Assembly (NCBI GenBank): GCA_964545575.1
Contig: CAZJFL010000006.1
Location: 25,721-89,720 of the forward strand
Direction of reading: 5' to 3'
Source: an uncultured Planctomycetales bacterium
GTDB taxonomy: Bacteria; Omnitrophota; Gorgyraeia; Gygaellales; Profunditerraquicolaceae
Length of the DNA stretch: 64,000 bases
Part shown: positions 18,174 to 28,687 of the stretch, one piece after another
Layout: the number at the start of each line of letters is the position of its first letter
Position numbering within the stretch: position 1 is the stretch's first letter
Made by a program: the position numbers and the translations under genes
Notes under the pieces: model-generated
Seen by the model: only the letters and a program-made list of their open reading frames with translations
What the model was told of the DNA's origin: nothing
The model's database searches: none

Positions 18174-18393
18174 AAACATCCCTAAATAAAACTAAACATC
18201 AATAAACATCCGGACAATCCAATTTATTGACAATAAAGTTGTTATGTTATAATATGTTGTATCGACGGCGCGTTTAGCTGCAGGCAAAGGCAGTTAAAAA
18301 GAGAGGTTTTTGTAGTTCTCCCTTTTTATTTACAGTAATGCATGATGCAGGTATACTATAAAGAATAAATAGTTAACTTTTCGGATAAATTTT

Positions 18394-19938
18394 ATGCTTA
18401 ACAATAATTATGATGTGATTGTAATCGGAGCGGGAATGGGCGGGCTGACCTGCGCCCTGAAATTGGCCGCAGCCGGCAAGAAGGTTTTAGTCCTAGAAAG
18501 GCAGCCGGCACCGGGAGGCATTGCCACAAGTTTTAAGCGCAACGGCTTTACTTTTGAGTCAGTACTGCATTATGTGGACGGGCTTGCTCCTGATGGCGAA
18601 ATACGGAATTTCCTAGATGAGCATGGCGTAAGCAAGAAGGTTGATTTTATAGAAGTAAAAGAATTCGGCAGGGTGATTTATCCGGAACATGATTTCCTGA
18701 TCAGGAACGATTTTGATTCCCTTAAGCTGTGGCTAAAAAGTAATTTCCCGCAGGATGAAGAGGGGATAGAAAGGTTCTTTCGCGATATAGATAAGTTTTA
18801 CCGACAGTTAGACCGTTTCGCAGAATCTAGGATCCCGGATTGGCTTAAACTTCTTCTCTCTCCGTTTATTTACCCCTCGATAATAAAGACATCCTGCCTT
18901 ACCTTAGAGCAGTTCATTACCAAGAGGATTAAAGATAAGCGGGCGCGCTCTATCATCGGTACCATCTGGGGTTTTCTCGGGCCTGCGCCTTCGGAAATAT
19001 CTGCGTTTTATTTTTTAATCGTATTCAGGGGCTGCTGGGGGGAAAGCACGGCGTTTATCAAAGGGGGCTTCAGCAGTTTATTTAATGCCATAGTAGAAAG
19101 AATCAGAGAGTTGGGTTCAGAGGTAAGATTTAATAGTGTGGTCAAAGAGATTATTACCGGACAAAACAGGCGTGTCCGGGGAGTGCGGACAATAGACGGC
19201 GAAGAATTTACGGCTTCTGCGGTGATTTCAAATGCCAACGCTCTCGATACGCTCGCCAAGCTCATTGATTGTGATCCGCTTAAGGAAGCCTATGCCCAAA
19301 AGCTTTCTTCGATGAAAAAATCGCTTTCCGGCACACAGCTTTATCTGGGATTAGATATTCCCATAACAACACTGGGGATGTCCCATATACTTATGTGCAT
19401 TAATACTACCTATGACCATGATCAGAATTGCAGGTATTGTATTTGCAGCGATTACCAACGCTGTAATCTCCTGGTGACGAGCCACTCCCAGCTTGACCCG
19501 GGATTAGCCCCATCTGAAAAATCTACGCTTTACGCGATGACTCTGGATAATTATGCAAACTGGGATAATCTGACACCGGAAGAGTACGAAAAGAAGAAAA
19601 AGGAGTTCGCCGATATTATTTTGGCGCGCCTGGAAAAATATCTACCGGGTATCTCGGGCCATATTGAGATTTTAGAAGTAGCTACTCCTAAGACAATGGA
19701 GAAATTTGGTTTGCTGGCAGAGGGAGCGTTGTATGGGTTTGCCCAGACCCCGGGGCAATCCAGCATCAACCGTCTCAGTCAGGAGACTAAAATTAAAGGC
19801 CTGTTTCTTGCCGGCGCCTGGACTCAGCCGGGTGCCGGAATACACGGTTGTCTTGTTTCGGGCCAAGATGCGGCGGATTCGGTTTTAAAATTACTTAAAA
19901 AAGCAAAAACCCAGCCCCCGCGTGCAGGGGCTGGGTAG
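18394..19938 (+). CDS. FAD-dependent oxidoreductase, phytoene desaturase/retinol saturase family
   Basis: GAGMGG dinucleotide-binding motif, ATP..GALYG, GLFLAGAW.PG.G. Confidence 0.9.
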   Translation: MLNNNYDVIVIGAGMGGLTCALKLAAAGKKVLVLERQPAPGGIATSFKRNGFTFESVLHYVDGLAPDGEIRNFLDEHGVSKKVDFIEVKEFGRVIYPEHDFLIRNDFDSLKLWLKSNFPQDEEGIERFFRDIDKFYRQLDRFAESRIPDWLKLLLSPFIYPSIIKTSCLTLEQFITKRIKDKRARSIIGTIWGFLGPAPSEISAFYFLIVFRGCWGESTAFIKGGFSSLFNAIVERIRELGSEVRFNSVVKEIITGQNRRVRGVRTIDGEEFTASAVISNANALDTLAKLIDCDPLKEAYAQKLSSMKKSLSGTQLYLGLDIPITTLGMSHILMCINTTYDHDQNCRYCICSDYQRCNLLVTSHSQLDPGLAPSEKSTLYAMTLDNYANWDNLTPEEYEKKKKEFADIILARLEKYLPGISGHIEILEVATPKTMEKFGLLAEGALYGFAQTPGQSSINRLSQETKIKGLFLAGAWTQPGAGIHGCLVSGQDAADSVLKLLKKAKTQPPRAGAG

Positions 19939-19941
19939 TTT
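19906..19941. terminator. Terminator between convergent genes
   Basis: ACCCAGCCCC/GGGGCTGGGT hairpin with flanking A/T runs. Confidence 0.7.
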
Positions 19942-19958
19942 ATCTGGTTGCTCTAAAT

Positions 19959-20159
19959 TTATATTCTGGTTACGTTGGTCGCTTGTTCTCCTTTGGGCCC
20001 TTGAGTGACCTCGAATTCTACTTCCTGGCCTTCTTCCAGGCTTTTATAGCCGTCACCTTTAATTGCGCTATAGTGCACAAACAGGTCTTTGCCGTCTTCG
20101 CTGGTGATAAAGCCATAACCCTTTTGGTTCGAAAACCACTTTACTTTGCCTTTTGCCAT
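19959..20159 (-). CDS. cspA: Cold-shock protein
   Basis: [21 protein letters not shown]. Confidence 0.97.
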   Translation of the reverse strand: MAKGKVKWFSNQKGYGFITSEDGKDLFVHYSAIKGDGYKSLEEGQEVEFEVTQGPKGEQATNVTRI

Positions 20160-20281
20160 CAGTTACCTTTCACCTCCCCTCATAATGAAAAAACCGCAAA
20201 GCCCTTTTTTAAATTCTATGCTTTACGGTTTTAGAATTACCTGTATCTTTTATACTCATAAACTTTGTTCTGCTTAAAATG

Positions 20282-20374
20282 AGTATAGCAAGTTTTTAGG
20301 ATTTGTCAATGTTTTTTTAATACCGCTTCTGATAACGAGAATATATTGACTTATTTTCTAAATTATTGTATAAT
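20282..20374. promoter_or_regulatory. Divergent promoters for csp and rpsO
   Basis: Minus strand TTGACA..TATACT (20309-20282); plus strand TTGACT-17-TATAAT (20346-20374). Confidence 0.7.
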
Positions 20375-20406
20375 ATTTTAACTTAAGAAGAAAGGAGGTA
20401 AAGGAA

Positions 20407-20676
20407 GTGGTTTTGGTAAAAGAAAGAAAAGGCAAGATTATAGACGATTTTAGGATTCATCCCAGGGATACCGGTTCGGCTGATGTCCAGATCGCGCTTT
20501 TGAGCGCAAGGATCAATAACCTGGGGGAGCATTTCAAGCAGCATAAAAAAGACTTCCATTCTCGTCGCGGCCTCTTAATGTTAGTCGGAAAGCGCCGCAG
20601 GCTTCTCAATTACCTCAAGAAAAAAGACGTCAAGAAATACGAAGAAGTCATCGAGAAACTTAGCTTACGAAAATAA
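20407..20676 (+). CDS. rpsO: 30S ribosomal protein S15
   Basis: [22 protein letters not shown]. Confidence 0.98.
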   Translation: MVLVKERKGKIIDDFRIHPRDTGSADVQIALLSARINNLGEHFKQHKKDFHSRRGLLMLVGKRRRLLNYLKKKDVKKYEEVIEKLSLRK

Positions 20677-20703
20677 TCCTAAACATCACCCAATATAAAT
20701 ATT

Positions 20704-22794
20704 ATGCAGAATAATACCCTGAAAGTCAGATTCGGACGCGATGATTTAATCTTAGGCACTGGTACGGTTGCCAAACAGGCAAACGGCTCGGTAACGGTCC
20801 AGTACGGCGGGACTGTAGTTTTAGTCACTGCCTGTATGTCTGGTGAAGCAAAGGAAGGCCAGGATTTTTTCCCCCTCACCGTTGAGTATCAGGAGAAGAC
20901 ATACGCAGCCGGCAGGATTCCCGGAGGCTTCTTTAAGAGGGAGGGCCGTCCTTCGGAAAGCGAGATTTTAACCGCGAGGTTAATCGATCGGCCTATCCGG
21001 CCGCTCTTTCCCGACGGCATGTTTAATGAAGTGCAGATTATGGCGATTGTCTTATCCAGCGACGGAGAAAACGACCCCGATATCCTAGCCGTAATCGGCG
21101 CCTCAGCGGCTTTATCCATATCCGATATACCCTTTAGCGGCCCCTTGGCATGCTGCCGCGTGGGAAGAGTCAATAATGAGTTTGTCTTAAATCCTACTTA
21201 CGCACAGCTTGAGCTTTCGGATTTAGACCTGGTTTTAGTAGCGAATACCTTAGGTATCGTCATGCTTGAATCGAAGGCTAAAGAAGTGTCTGAAGAGATA
21301 TACCTGGAAGCGGTAAAATTCGGCTTTGAGAATACCAAAGATATAATGCATCTAGAGGAAGAGTTCGCCCGTAAATACGGCATCCCCAAGGCAGACGTTC
21401 AGCTTAAAAATATAGATCCTTCCCTGAAATCAAAGATTGAAGTTTTAGCTAAGGAGAAGCTGAAGAAAATATATCAGCTGAGCAAAAAGGAAGAGCGGGA
21501 AGAGGGGGTGGTTTTACTGGTTAAGGAATTAGAAGCCAGCCTCACCAACGAAGGGTATTTGCCCGCGGATATAAAAATGGCCTTGGTAGAAATAGAAAAA
21601 GAGCAGGTCAGGAATAAAATACTTAATGAAAATCTGCGCGTGGACGGGCGCGGCTTTGGCGATATCAGGCAGATCACCTGCGGCGTATCTGTTTTGCCGC
21701 GTACTCATGGCTCCAGCCTTTTTACCCGCGGCCAGACTCAGAGCTTGGCGATTACTACCCTTGGCACAGGAGAAGACGAGCAGCTGATTGAGGCGCTGGA
21801 GGGGAAAACATATAAATCTTTTATGTTGCATTATAGCTTTCCGCCTTTTAGCGTAGGCGAGACCGCGCCGGTGCGCGGGCCGGGCCGCAGGGAAATAGGC
21901 CACGGCGCGCTTGCGGAAAAATCGCTTCTGGCGGTAATGCCGGCAAAAGAAAAGTTTCCTTATACCATCAGGGTAGTTTCGGAGGTTTTAGAATCTAACG
22001 GCTCCTCGAGCATGGCGACAGTGTGTGCGGCGACTTTGTCGCTGATGGATGCCGGAGTCCCGATTAAGGATGCGGTGGCGGGTATTGCTTTGGGGCTGAT
22101 CAAAGAGGGTGATAAAGCTGCGATATTGACTGATATCGCCGGTTTAGAAGACCATTTCGGGGATATGGATTTTAAGGTTGCCGGGACTAAAACCGGAGTG
22201 ACTGCAGTGCAGATGGATTTAAAAATAAACGGCATCAGTATAGATTTATTGCGTTCCTGCCTCGCTCAGGCAAAAGAAGGCAGGCTTTTTATTCTGGATA
22301 AGATGAATGCTGCTTTGGCCGGCCCGCGCCAGGAGCTATCCAGCTATGCCCCGCGCATAGAAGTACTTAAAATAAATACCGAGAAGATCGGCGAACTGAT
22401 CGGCCCGGGCGGCAAGAATATCAAAGCGATAATTGCGGCAACCGGCGCCAGTATCGATATCAAAGATGACGGTACTGTCCTGGTCGGCTCTACTGAAGCG
22501 GCTAAGTCCGATGAGGCGATTAAGATGATCAAGGCCATCACCGATGATGTGGAGGTCGGCCGCATCTATATCGCCAAAGTAAAACGGATCATGCCCTTTG
22601 GCGCTTTCTGCGAGATCGCTCCGCGTAAAGAGGGGCTGGTGCATGTCTCCGAATTATCCAGCCGTTTTGTCAAAAGCGTAGAAGAGATAGTGAAAATCGG
22701 GGATGAAATCAAAGTCAAGGTCGTCGGCATAGATGAATTGGGCCGGATAAATTTAAGCAAGAAACAGGCAGAAGCAGATACAGACAGCAAGTGA
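20704..22794 (+). CDS. pnp: Polyribonucleotide nucleotidyltransferase
   Basis: DFFPLTV, RREIGHG, GDMDFKVAG, KH and S1 domains. Confidence 0.98.
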   Translation: MQNNTLKVRFGRDDLILGTGTVAKQANGSVTVQYGGTVVLVTACMSGEAKEGQDFFPLTVEYQEKTYAAGRIPGGFFKREGRPSESEILTARLIDRPIRPLFPDGMFNEVQIMAIVLSSDGENDPDILAVIGASAALSISDIPFSGPLACCRVGRVNNEFVLNPTYAQLELSDLDLVLVANTLGIVMLESKAKEVSEEIYLEAVKFGFENTKDIMHLEEEFARKYGIPKADVQLKNIDPSLKSKIEVLAKEKLKKIYQLSKKEEREEGVVLLVKELEASLTNEGYLPADIKMALVEIEKEQVRNKILNENLRVDGRGFGDIRQITCGVSVLPRTHGSSLFTRGQTQSLAITTLGTGEDEQLIEALEGKTYKSFMLHYSFPPFSVGETAPVRGPGRREIGHGALAEKSLLAVMPAKEKFPYTIRVVSEVLESNGSSSMATVCAATLSLMDAGVPIKDAVAGIALGLIKEGDKAAILTDIAGLEDHFGDMDFKVAGTKTGVTAVQMDLKINGISIDLLRSCLAQAKEGRLFILDKMNAALAGPRQELSSYAPRIEVLKINTEKIGELIGPGGKNIKAIIAATGASIDIKDDGTVLVGSTEAAKSDEAIKMIKAITDDVEVGRIYIAKVKRIMPFGAFCEIAPRKEGLVHVSELSSRFVKSVEEIVKIGDEIKVKVVGIDELGRINLSKKQAEADTDSK

Positions 22795-24986
22795 AAGAAA
22801 GAAGACTGAATGAAGTAAAAGGCGTAATCCTGGTGGCAATAGGGCTGATGGTCTTAGCCAGCCTGATTAAGTTTGAACGCCTGGATTTGCCGATTTACAC
22901 CTCCCACCCCAATATCCCCCCTCAGAATCTTCTCGGTATTTTCGGAGCCTATCTAGGCGGCATAATCATCGCTTTATTCGGCAGGCCGACCAGCTTCACG
23001 ATTCCTGTTTTCATTATACTACTGGGGGTTAAGTTTTTCCGCCAGCAAAGCCCGTATTTAAGCGTCGCCCGGATATTAGGGATGTTTATTCTGCTTTTAT
23101 CCATCTCTTCCCTGATCGGGATGTTCAATTTAAATCACGAACAGGCCAGGTTCTATACCGCCGGGCTCCTGGGTTCAGTCACCGCTAATTTTATCACTGC
23201 CTATTTTAGCCGTTTAGGCGGTTTCATTATTTTTATTACTTTTATTATCCTCTCTTTGGCGTTGGTTACCGAGATACTGATTTCCTCGCTATTCGCTAAT
23301 ATCGTCAATAAGTCTAAAGATCTTTGGGATTCCATCTTTAAGTTCACCCAAAGAGAAAAGACGGTTAAGGTCAAGCCGGCTTTTGCGGGTAACTCTAAGG
23401 TCTTAGAAAAAAAAGAACCGTTCCCGCCCCTAATTAAAACTAAGGTCTTGGCTCCTCAAGAGGCCTTAACTTCAAAGCCTAAGATTCTGATCAAGACTAA
23501 GCCGCCGGAGGCATTGCCGGAGGCAAAGGCCAGGCCAAAAGAAATAAAAATAGGCGACTATCACCTTCCCTCTCTGGATCTGCTGGATTCTCCGCCGCCT
23601 TTAGAAGCCAGGCAGATTAAGGATGATCTGACCGCTAATGCCGGTATCCTAGAGGAGACCTTGGAGGATTTCGGTATTTCGGTCAAGGTCACCGATATAG
23701 AGCGCGGCCCGGTGATCACCCGTTACGAACTTGAACCGGCGCCCGGAGTCAAGGTAAACCGTATTGTAGCTTTATCAGATGACATTGCTTTGACGATGAA
23801 AGCCCAGTCAGTCCGGATTGTGGCGCCTATTCCGGGGAAAAGCAGGGTGGGCGTGGAAGTGCCGAATACCCAGAGCAGCATCGTTTATTTAAAGGAAATT
23901 TTTGCCTCCAAAGGTTTTCAGGAGGCGGCTTCAAAACTAACTCTTGCCTTAGGTAAGGATATAGCGGGGCGGCCGGTGGTCACGAAATTAGATGATATGC
24001 CGCATCTTTTAATTGCCGGAACTACCGGTTCAGGAAAGACGGTCTGCGTAAACTGCCTGATTCTCTCTATGCTCTTTCGCGCGACACCCAATGAATTAAA
24101 AATGCTGATGATCGACCCTAAGATGGTGGAGATGGCGCCTTTTAACGGGCTGCCGCATCTTTTATGCCCGGTAGTCACTGATGCTAAGAAAGCGGCAGTG
24201 GCGCTGAACTGGGTGGTCAACGAAATGGAGGAGCGTTACCGGCTTCTGGCTAAAGCCGGGTCAAGGAATATCGAGGCCTATAATGAAAAACAGGAGAAGC
24301 TGCCTTATATTGTGGTGATTATAGATGAACTGGCGGATTTGATGACTGTTTCCCGCGACCATATCGAGAATGCGATTACCCGCCTGGCGCAGCTTTCCCG
24401 CGCAGTAGGCATACACCTGATTTTAGCTACGCAGCGGCCTTCGGTAGACGTAATTACCGGAGTGATCAAGGCGAACTTTCCGGCGCGCATCTCCTTTAAA
24501 GTCGCCTCCAAAGTAGATTCGCGCACCGTTCTGGATATGAACGGAGCGGATAAACTTTTAGGCAAAGGGGATATGTTATTCCTGCGCCCCGGAGAAGAAA
24601 AACTCATTCGCGCGCAGGGTTCCCTGGTTTCGGACAAAGAAATTGACAGAGTAGTGGAGTTTATTAAATCTCAGGCAGAGCCTATTTATGACGAAGAGAT
24701 TTTAAAAGAACAGCACAAATCGGTCCTGAGCAACGGAGAAAAAGACGACCTTTACGATGAGGCAGTAAGGGTGATTATGGAGAGCAACCAGGCCTCGGTG
24801 TCCATACTGCAGAGGCGGATGCGCTTAGGTTATACGCGCGCCGCGCGCATTATCGATACCATGGAGCAGGAGGGCTTAATCGGGCCTTTTGAAGGAAGTA
24901 AACCGCGCCGGATATTGGCGGACAGGGAAGTCTGGCTAAAAAAAGGCATAGCTGAAGAGGAGAGCGATGGAATCACCAGGGGCTAG
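22791..24986 (+). CDS. ftsK: DNA translocase FtsK
   Basis: N-terminal TMs, GTTGSGKT, ATQRPS, gamma domain. Confidence 0.97.
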   Translation: MKERRLNEVKGVILVAIGLMVLASLIKFERLDLPIYTSHPNIPPQNLLGIFGAYLGGIIIALFGRPTSFTIPVFIILLGVKFFRQQSPYLSVARILGMFILLLSISSLIGMFNLNHEQARFYTAGLLGSVTANFITAYFSRLGGFIIFITFIILSLALVTEILISSLFANIVNKSKDLWDSIFKFTQREKTVKVKPAFAGNSKVLEKKEPFPPLIKTKVLAPQEALTSKPKILIKTKPPEALPEAKARPKEIKIGDYHLPSLDLLDSPPPLEARQIKDDLTANAGILEETLEDFGISVKVTDIERGPVITRYELEPAPGVKVNRIVALSDDIALTMKAQSVRIVAPIPGKSRVGVEVPNTQSSIVYLKEIFASKGFQEAASKLTLALGKDIAGRPVVTKLDDMPHLLIAGTTGSGKTVCVNCLILSMLFRATPNELKMLMIDPKMVEMAPFNGLPHLLCPVVTDAKKAAVALNWVVNEMEERYRLLAKAGSRNIEAYNEKQEKLPYIVVIIDELADLMTVSRDHIENAITRLAQLSRAVGIHLILATQRPSVDVITGVIKANFPARISFKVASKVDSRTVLDMNGADKLLGKGDMLFLRPGEEKLIRAQGSLVSDKEIDRVVEFIKSQAEPIYDEEILKEQHKSVLSNGEKDDLYDEAVRVIMESNQASVSILQRRMRLGYTRAARIIDTMEQEGLIGPFEGSKPRRILADREVWLKKGIAEEESDGITRG

Positions 24987-25743
24987 ACTTAAAAAAATAC
25001 GTTTGGAAAAAGGCTTAAGCCTGCAAGAGGTGCATAAGAAGACCAAGGTCCATTTGAACATCTTAAAGGCCATAGAAGAAGACGGCCTGGTCAGCCTCAA
25101 CCCCGTCTACACGAAAGGGTTTTTAAAGATCTACTGTAAGTTTTTAGGCACAGACCCGCGTGATTTTATTTCGGATTATAAAGAACCGCGCAGCCACGCT
25201 AAGATCGCCGAGGATTTATCCGAAAGGAAAAACCCCCAGGCGCCTTTATTGAAGACCGCCTCTTTTAGGCTCAAAACTTTTCGGCCGCAGATCAGCTTAA
25301 AGTCCGTAATTATATTTATTTTGGCCGTAATTTTTATCGTGTTTTTATTTAAATTACCGAAAATAATTTTCTCCCGGCGCGCTCCCGCGCTTCCTAAGAA
25401 TAATCCGCCTATCGTAGTCCTGCCTAAAAAAATAGAGAAGACCGCGCAGACAGTTTCTGTGCAGAAGGTCCCCGCGGCAAGCGAGGTGAGGCTGGGGATA
25501 TGGGCGAAAGAGAATTGCCTGGTAAAGGTCAAGCTCGACGGGCATCTGATGATGGACCGCGTTTTTAAGAAAGGCACGCGCGAAAGTTGGACCGCCAAGG
25601 AAAAAATAGAGCTTTCTTTAGGCAATGCCACAGCGGTAGAGCTGGAAGTAAACGGCAGGATTATACCGCCTGTAGGCAGAAAAGGCCAGCCGGCCAGAAA
25701 CATAGTCATCACCAAGAGTGGTTTAATCAATATTCCCCGATGA
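24967..25743 (+). CDS. rodZ: RodZ-like protein (HTH-TM-DUF4115)
   Basis: N-terminal HTH, single TM, position between ftsK and rimO. Confidence 0.85.
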   Translation: MESPGARLKKIRLEKGLSLQEVHKKTKVHLNILKAIEEDGLVSLNPVYTKGFLKIYCKFLGTDPRDFISDYKEPRSHAKIAEDLSERKNPQAPLLKTASFRLKTFRPQISLKSVIIFILAVIFIVFLFKLPKIIFSRRAPALPKNNPPIVVLPKKIEKTAQTVSVQKVPAASEVRLGIWAKENCLVKVKLDGHLMMDRVFKKGTRESWTAKEKIELSLGNATAVELEVNGRIIPPVGRKGQPARNIVITKSGLINIPR

Positions 25744-27002
25744 ACCCCGCCAGGAGCAAACAGAAAATAGGTATCTTAAGCCTGGGTTGCCCCCGTAATT
25801 TGGTAGATTCGGAAAGCATCTTAGGCAGGCTGAATCTTAAAGGGTACCCCGTCGTCGATATGGCAAAGGCGGATACGGCGATTATCAATACCTGCGCTTT
25901 TACCGAAGAAGCCAAGAGAGAATCTATAGATGCGATATTAGACCTGATCGAGTTAAAAAAAGAAGGTGCGCTGAAAAAAATAGTAGTTTGCGGCTGCCTG
26001 GCAGAGCGCTATAAGGATGAGTTAAATAAGGAGCTGCCTCAGGTAGACGCATTTGTGGGCGTTCCTTCCCTGAATCACTCCCCGGCCCGTTTTCGGCTCA
26101 CCCCCGAACATTATGCCTACTTAAAGATTTGCGAGAGCTGCATTAACCATTGCAGTTACTGTATTATCCCTAAGATAAAAGGAAAGTTCTCCAGCCTCGA
26201 TAAGCAGACATTAATCCGCAAGGTAAGAGGGTTTGACGGAGAGAGAATAAGCGAGTTAAATATTATCGGACAGGATATCACCGGTTACGGCGCAGATTTA
26301 TATCAAGATTACGGGTTAACCGGGTTACTTGAGGATATCACCCGGAACTTACGCAATATTAACTGGATCAGGTTACTTTATCTTTATCCGGCCCGTATAA
26401 GCGATGAACTGCTGGATTTAATCAGTAATGAGCCGCGGATCTGTAAATATATAGACCTGTCTATTCAGCATATCAACGGGCGGATTCTTAAGTTAATGCG
26501 CAGGCATACCACTAAAAAAGATATTTTAAAATTGCTTGAGAAGATCAGGAAGAAGATCCCGGAAGTCGCGATACGCACGTCAATAATAGTGGGTTTTCCT
26601 TCGGAGACAGACAAGGAGTTTGGGGAGTTGCTGCGTTTTATCAGAGAGGCAAAATTCGAAAGATTGGGCGCGTTTATTTACTCGCGCGAAGAGGGTACGG
26701 CCGCATATAATTTCTCTGGGCAGGTCCCGCACCGGGTAAAGAGAGAGCGTTTTGATGCCGTGATGTTAAAACAGCAGGAGGTCTCGCGGGAGATCAATCA
26801 GAAGTTCCTGGGAAAAACCATGCAGGTTTTGATAGACGGCAAGGAGGAAAAGGCTTATTTAGGGAGAACCGAATACGATGCGCCGGAAGTGGACGGGCTG
26901 GTTTATATAAGCTCTAAAAAAGCATTAAAAGCCGGTGACTTTGTCCGGGCAAAGATTACCGATACGCTGGAGTACGATCTGGTAGGGGAGGTAGTATCAT
27001 GA
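25740..27002 (+). CDS. rimO: Ribosomal protein S12 methylthiotransferase (start reassigned to 25740)
   Basis: SLGCPRNLVDSE, CxxxCxxC, APEVDG TRAM domain. Confidence 0.95.
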   Translation: MNPARSKQKIGILSLGCPRNLVDSESILGRLNLKGYPVVDMAKADTAIINTCAFTEEAKRESIDAILDLIELKKEGALKKIVVCGCLAERYKDELNKELPQVDAFVGVPSLNHSPARFRLTPEHYAYLKICESCINHCSYCIIPKIKGKFSSLDKQTLIRKVRGFDGERISELNIIGQDITGYGADLYQDYGLTGLLEDITRNLRNINWIRLLYLYPARISDELLDLISNEPRICKYIDLSIQHINGRILKLMRRHTTKKDILKLLEKIRKKIPEVAIRTSIIVGFPSETDKEFGELLRFIREAKFERLGAFIYSREEGTAAYNFSGQVPHRVKRERFDAVMLKQQEVSREINQKFLGKTMQVLIDGKEEKAYLGRTEYDAPEVDGLVYISSKKALKAGDFVRAKITDTLEYDLVGEVVS

Positions 27003-27592
27003 ATATCGCTAACCGTTTAACCGTATCCAGGATAATCCTCACCTTTATTTTTATGTTTTTTTTATCTTTTCCCTTTAAGGGCGCCTGGGTTCTTTGGTCG
27101 AAGGTGATTAGCCTGCTGATTTTTATACTGGCGGCTTTAACGGATTTCTTCGATGGGCTGTTCGCTAAACAAAGAAACATGGTTACCGATTTCGGCAAGC
27201 TGATGGACCCTATCGCCGATAAGATACTGGTGATAGCGGCGTTTGCGGCGTTCGTGCAGATACAGATTATCGATGCCTGGATGTTCGTGATTATCATCTC
27301 GCGCGAAATAATCATTACGTCTTTAAGGCTCTTTGCCCTGAATAAAGGCAAGGTTCTTTCTGCGACCCGGTCCGGAAAACACAAAACTTTATCCCAGATG
27401 CTGGTGATCTTTCTGATATTGGGTTTTATTGTTTTAAAAGAAGTAACCCTTACCTACTTTACCTGGGACCCGGGGTGGGAGCAATTTTTCCGTCAGGGTA
27501 TCTACGTGCTGATGCTTTTGACGGTGGCGCTTACCCTTTATTCGGGCCTGTCATATCTGTGGGATAACCGCAAGATTATCACCCAGCTTTAG
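26999..27592 (+). CDS. pgsA: CDP-diacylglycerol--glycerol-3-phosphate 3-phosphatidyltransferase
   Basis: DxxDGxxA..FGKLMDPIADK. Confidence 0.95.
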   Translation: MNIANRLTVSRIILTFIFMFFLSFPFKGAWVLWSKVISLLIFILAALTDFFDGLFAKQRNMVTDFGKLMDPIADKILVIAAFAAFVQIQIIDAWMFVIIISREIIITSLRLFALNKGKVLSATRSGKHKTLSQMLVIFLILGFIVLKEVTLTYFTWDPGWEQFFRQGIYVLMLLTVALTLYSGLSYLWDNRKIITQL

Positions 27593-27602
27593 TGCGCCCC
27601 CG

Positions 27603-28067
27603 ATGAAAATAGGCGACTTCGTCGTAAAAACCACAAGTACGTTTTTTTATTCAGGCTATGCCCCTTTCATACCCGGCACAATCGGCAGTATCTTAGGCCT
27701 GTTTTTGTTCTACCTGCTTAAAGACGATTCTTTAGTATACGGCTTTTTTACTTTCCTGATACTGATTTTGGGGTTTTTAGTCTCGGGGGAAGCGGAGAGG
27801 ATTTTTAAGCAAAAAGACAGCCGCTATATCGTCATCGATGAAGTAGGAGGCATGCTTTTAAGCCTGGCGTTTATTCCTTCCGATATCAAGTGGGTCATCG
27901 CCGGATTTATAATATTCCGTATCTTAGACGCCTTAAAACCCTATCCTGCCGCAAGGCTGCAAGAATTAAAAGGAAGCTTAGGGGTGATGAGCGATGATAT
28001 CGTGGCCGCGCTCTATACCAATATTATTCTTCAGATTGTCTTAAGATTTACTTCTTTTAAGGCTTGA
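27603..28067 (+). CDS. pgpA: Phosphatidylglycerophosphatase A
   Basis: PGTIGS, IVIDEVGG, FRILDALKP, GVMSDD. Confidence 0.93.
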   Translation: MKIGDFVVKTTSTFFYSGYAPFIPGTIGSILGLFLFYLLKDDSLVYGFFTFLILILGFLVSGEAERIFKQKDSRYIVIDEVGGMLLSLAFIPSDIKWVIAGFIIFRILDALKPYPAARLQELKGSLGVMSDDIVAALYTNIILQIVLRFTSFKA

Positions 28068-28603
28068 TAGATTGGGCCCTTGGGGGTAAGTGTACTTTTA
28101 TAGAGCACGATTTGTCTTACGGGAAATTCCGCTTTTTCCTCACCCAACTTATCCGCGCAAACGTTTAGTCCTTTAATCAATTCCGCGATATTCTTAGATG
28201 ATTTTGTCCTGGCGATAGTAATATGCGAGGAAAAGGCTTTTTCTTCTTTGGGGATACCTGTACGGGAGATTTTTTCTTCGAGCTCCGCGGCAATTAATTT
28301 AGTTTCTTCATCCCCCCGATCAATCCCTACCCAGATGACCCTCGGCGAGGTAATTTTGGGGAAGGCGCCCAGAGTAGAAAGGCGCGCCAGAAACTGCTTT
28401 TTATTCTTTACCGCCTCCTCGAGGATATTGCTAATCTCTTTTATCTTTTTATCGTCCCTTTCGCCTAAGAATTTTAAGGTTAAGTGGATATTTTCCGGCT
28501 CCACCCATTTTACCTCTGCGCCGCTGGTTTTTAGCTCGTTTTGTAGTTCGGCAAGAAAGGCTTTGATTTCCTGAGGTAGCGGGATAGCTATAAAAGTTCT
28601 CAT
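28031..28603 (-). CDS. thpR: RNA 2',3'-cyclic phosphodiesterase (2H family)
   Basis: Two HxT motifs (HLTL, HITI), MRTFIAI start. Confidence 0.93.
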   Translation of the reverse strand: MRTFIAIPLPQEIKAFLAELQNELKTSGAEVKWVEPENIHLTLKFLGERDDKKIKEISNILEEAVKNKKQFLARLSTLGAFPKITSPRVIWVGIDRGDEETKLIAAELEEKISRTGIPKEEKAFSSHITIARTKSSKNIAELIKGLNVCADKLGEEKAEFPVRQIVLYKSTLTPKGPIYQALKEVNLKTI

Positions 28604-28608
28604 TGGTT

Positions 28609-28682
28609 TTTTAGCGGGTCCTGTCGCGGCATGTTTCTCGTCGCATCATGCTCCTCAAAACACGCCGCGCCACCCGCTAAAA
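28609..28682. repeat. Family 2 palindromic element
   Basis: TTTTAGCGGGTCCTGTCGCGG...CCGCGCCACCCGCTAAAA with GTCGC..GCTCC apex. Confidence 0.85.
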
Positions 28683-28687
28683 GAGGC

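Noticed and set aside
20160-20281. Long structured csp leader
   Set aside because: Long structured 5' UTRs are typical of cold-shock genes; nothing distinctive could be supported
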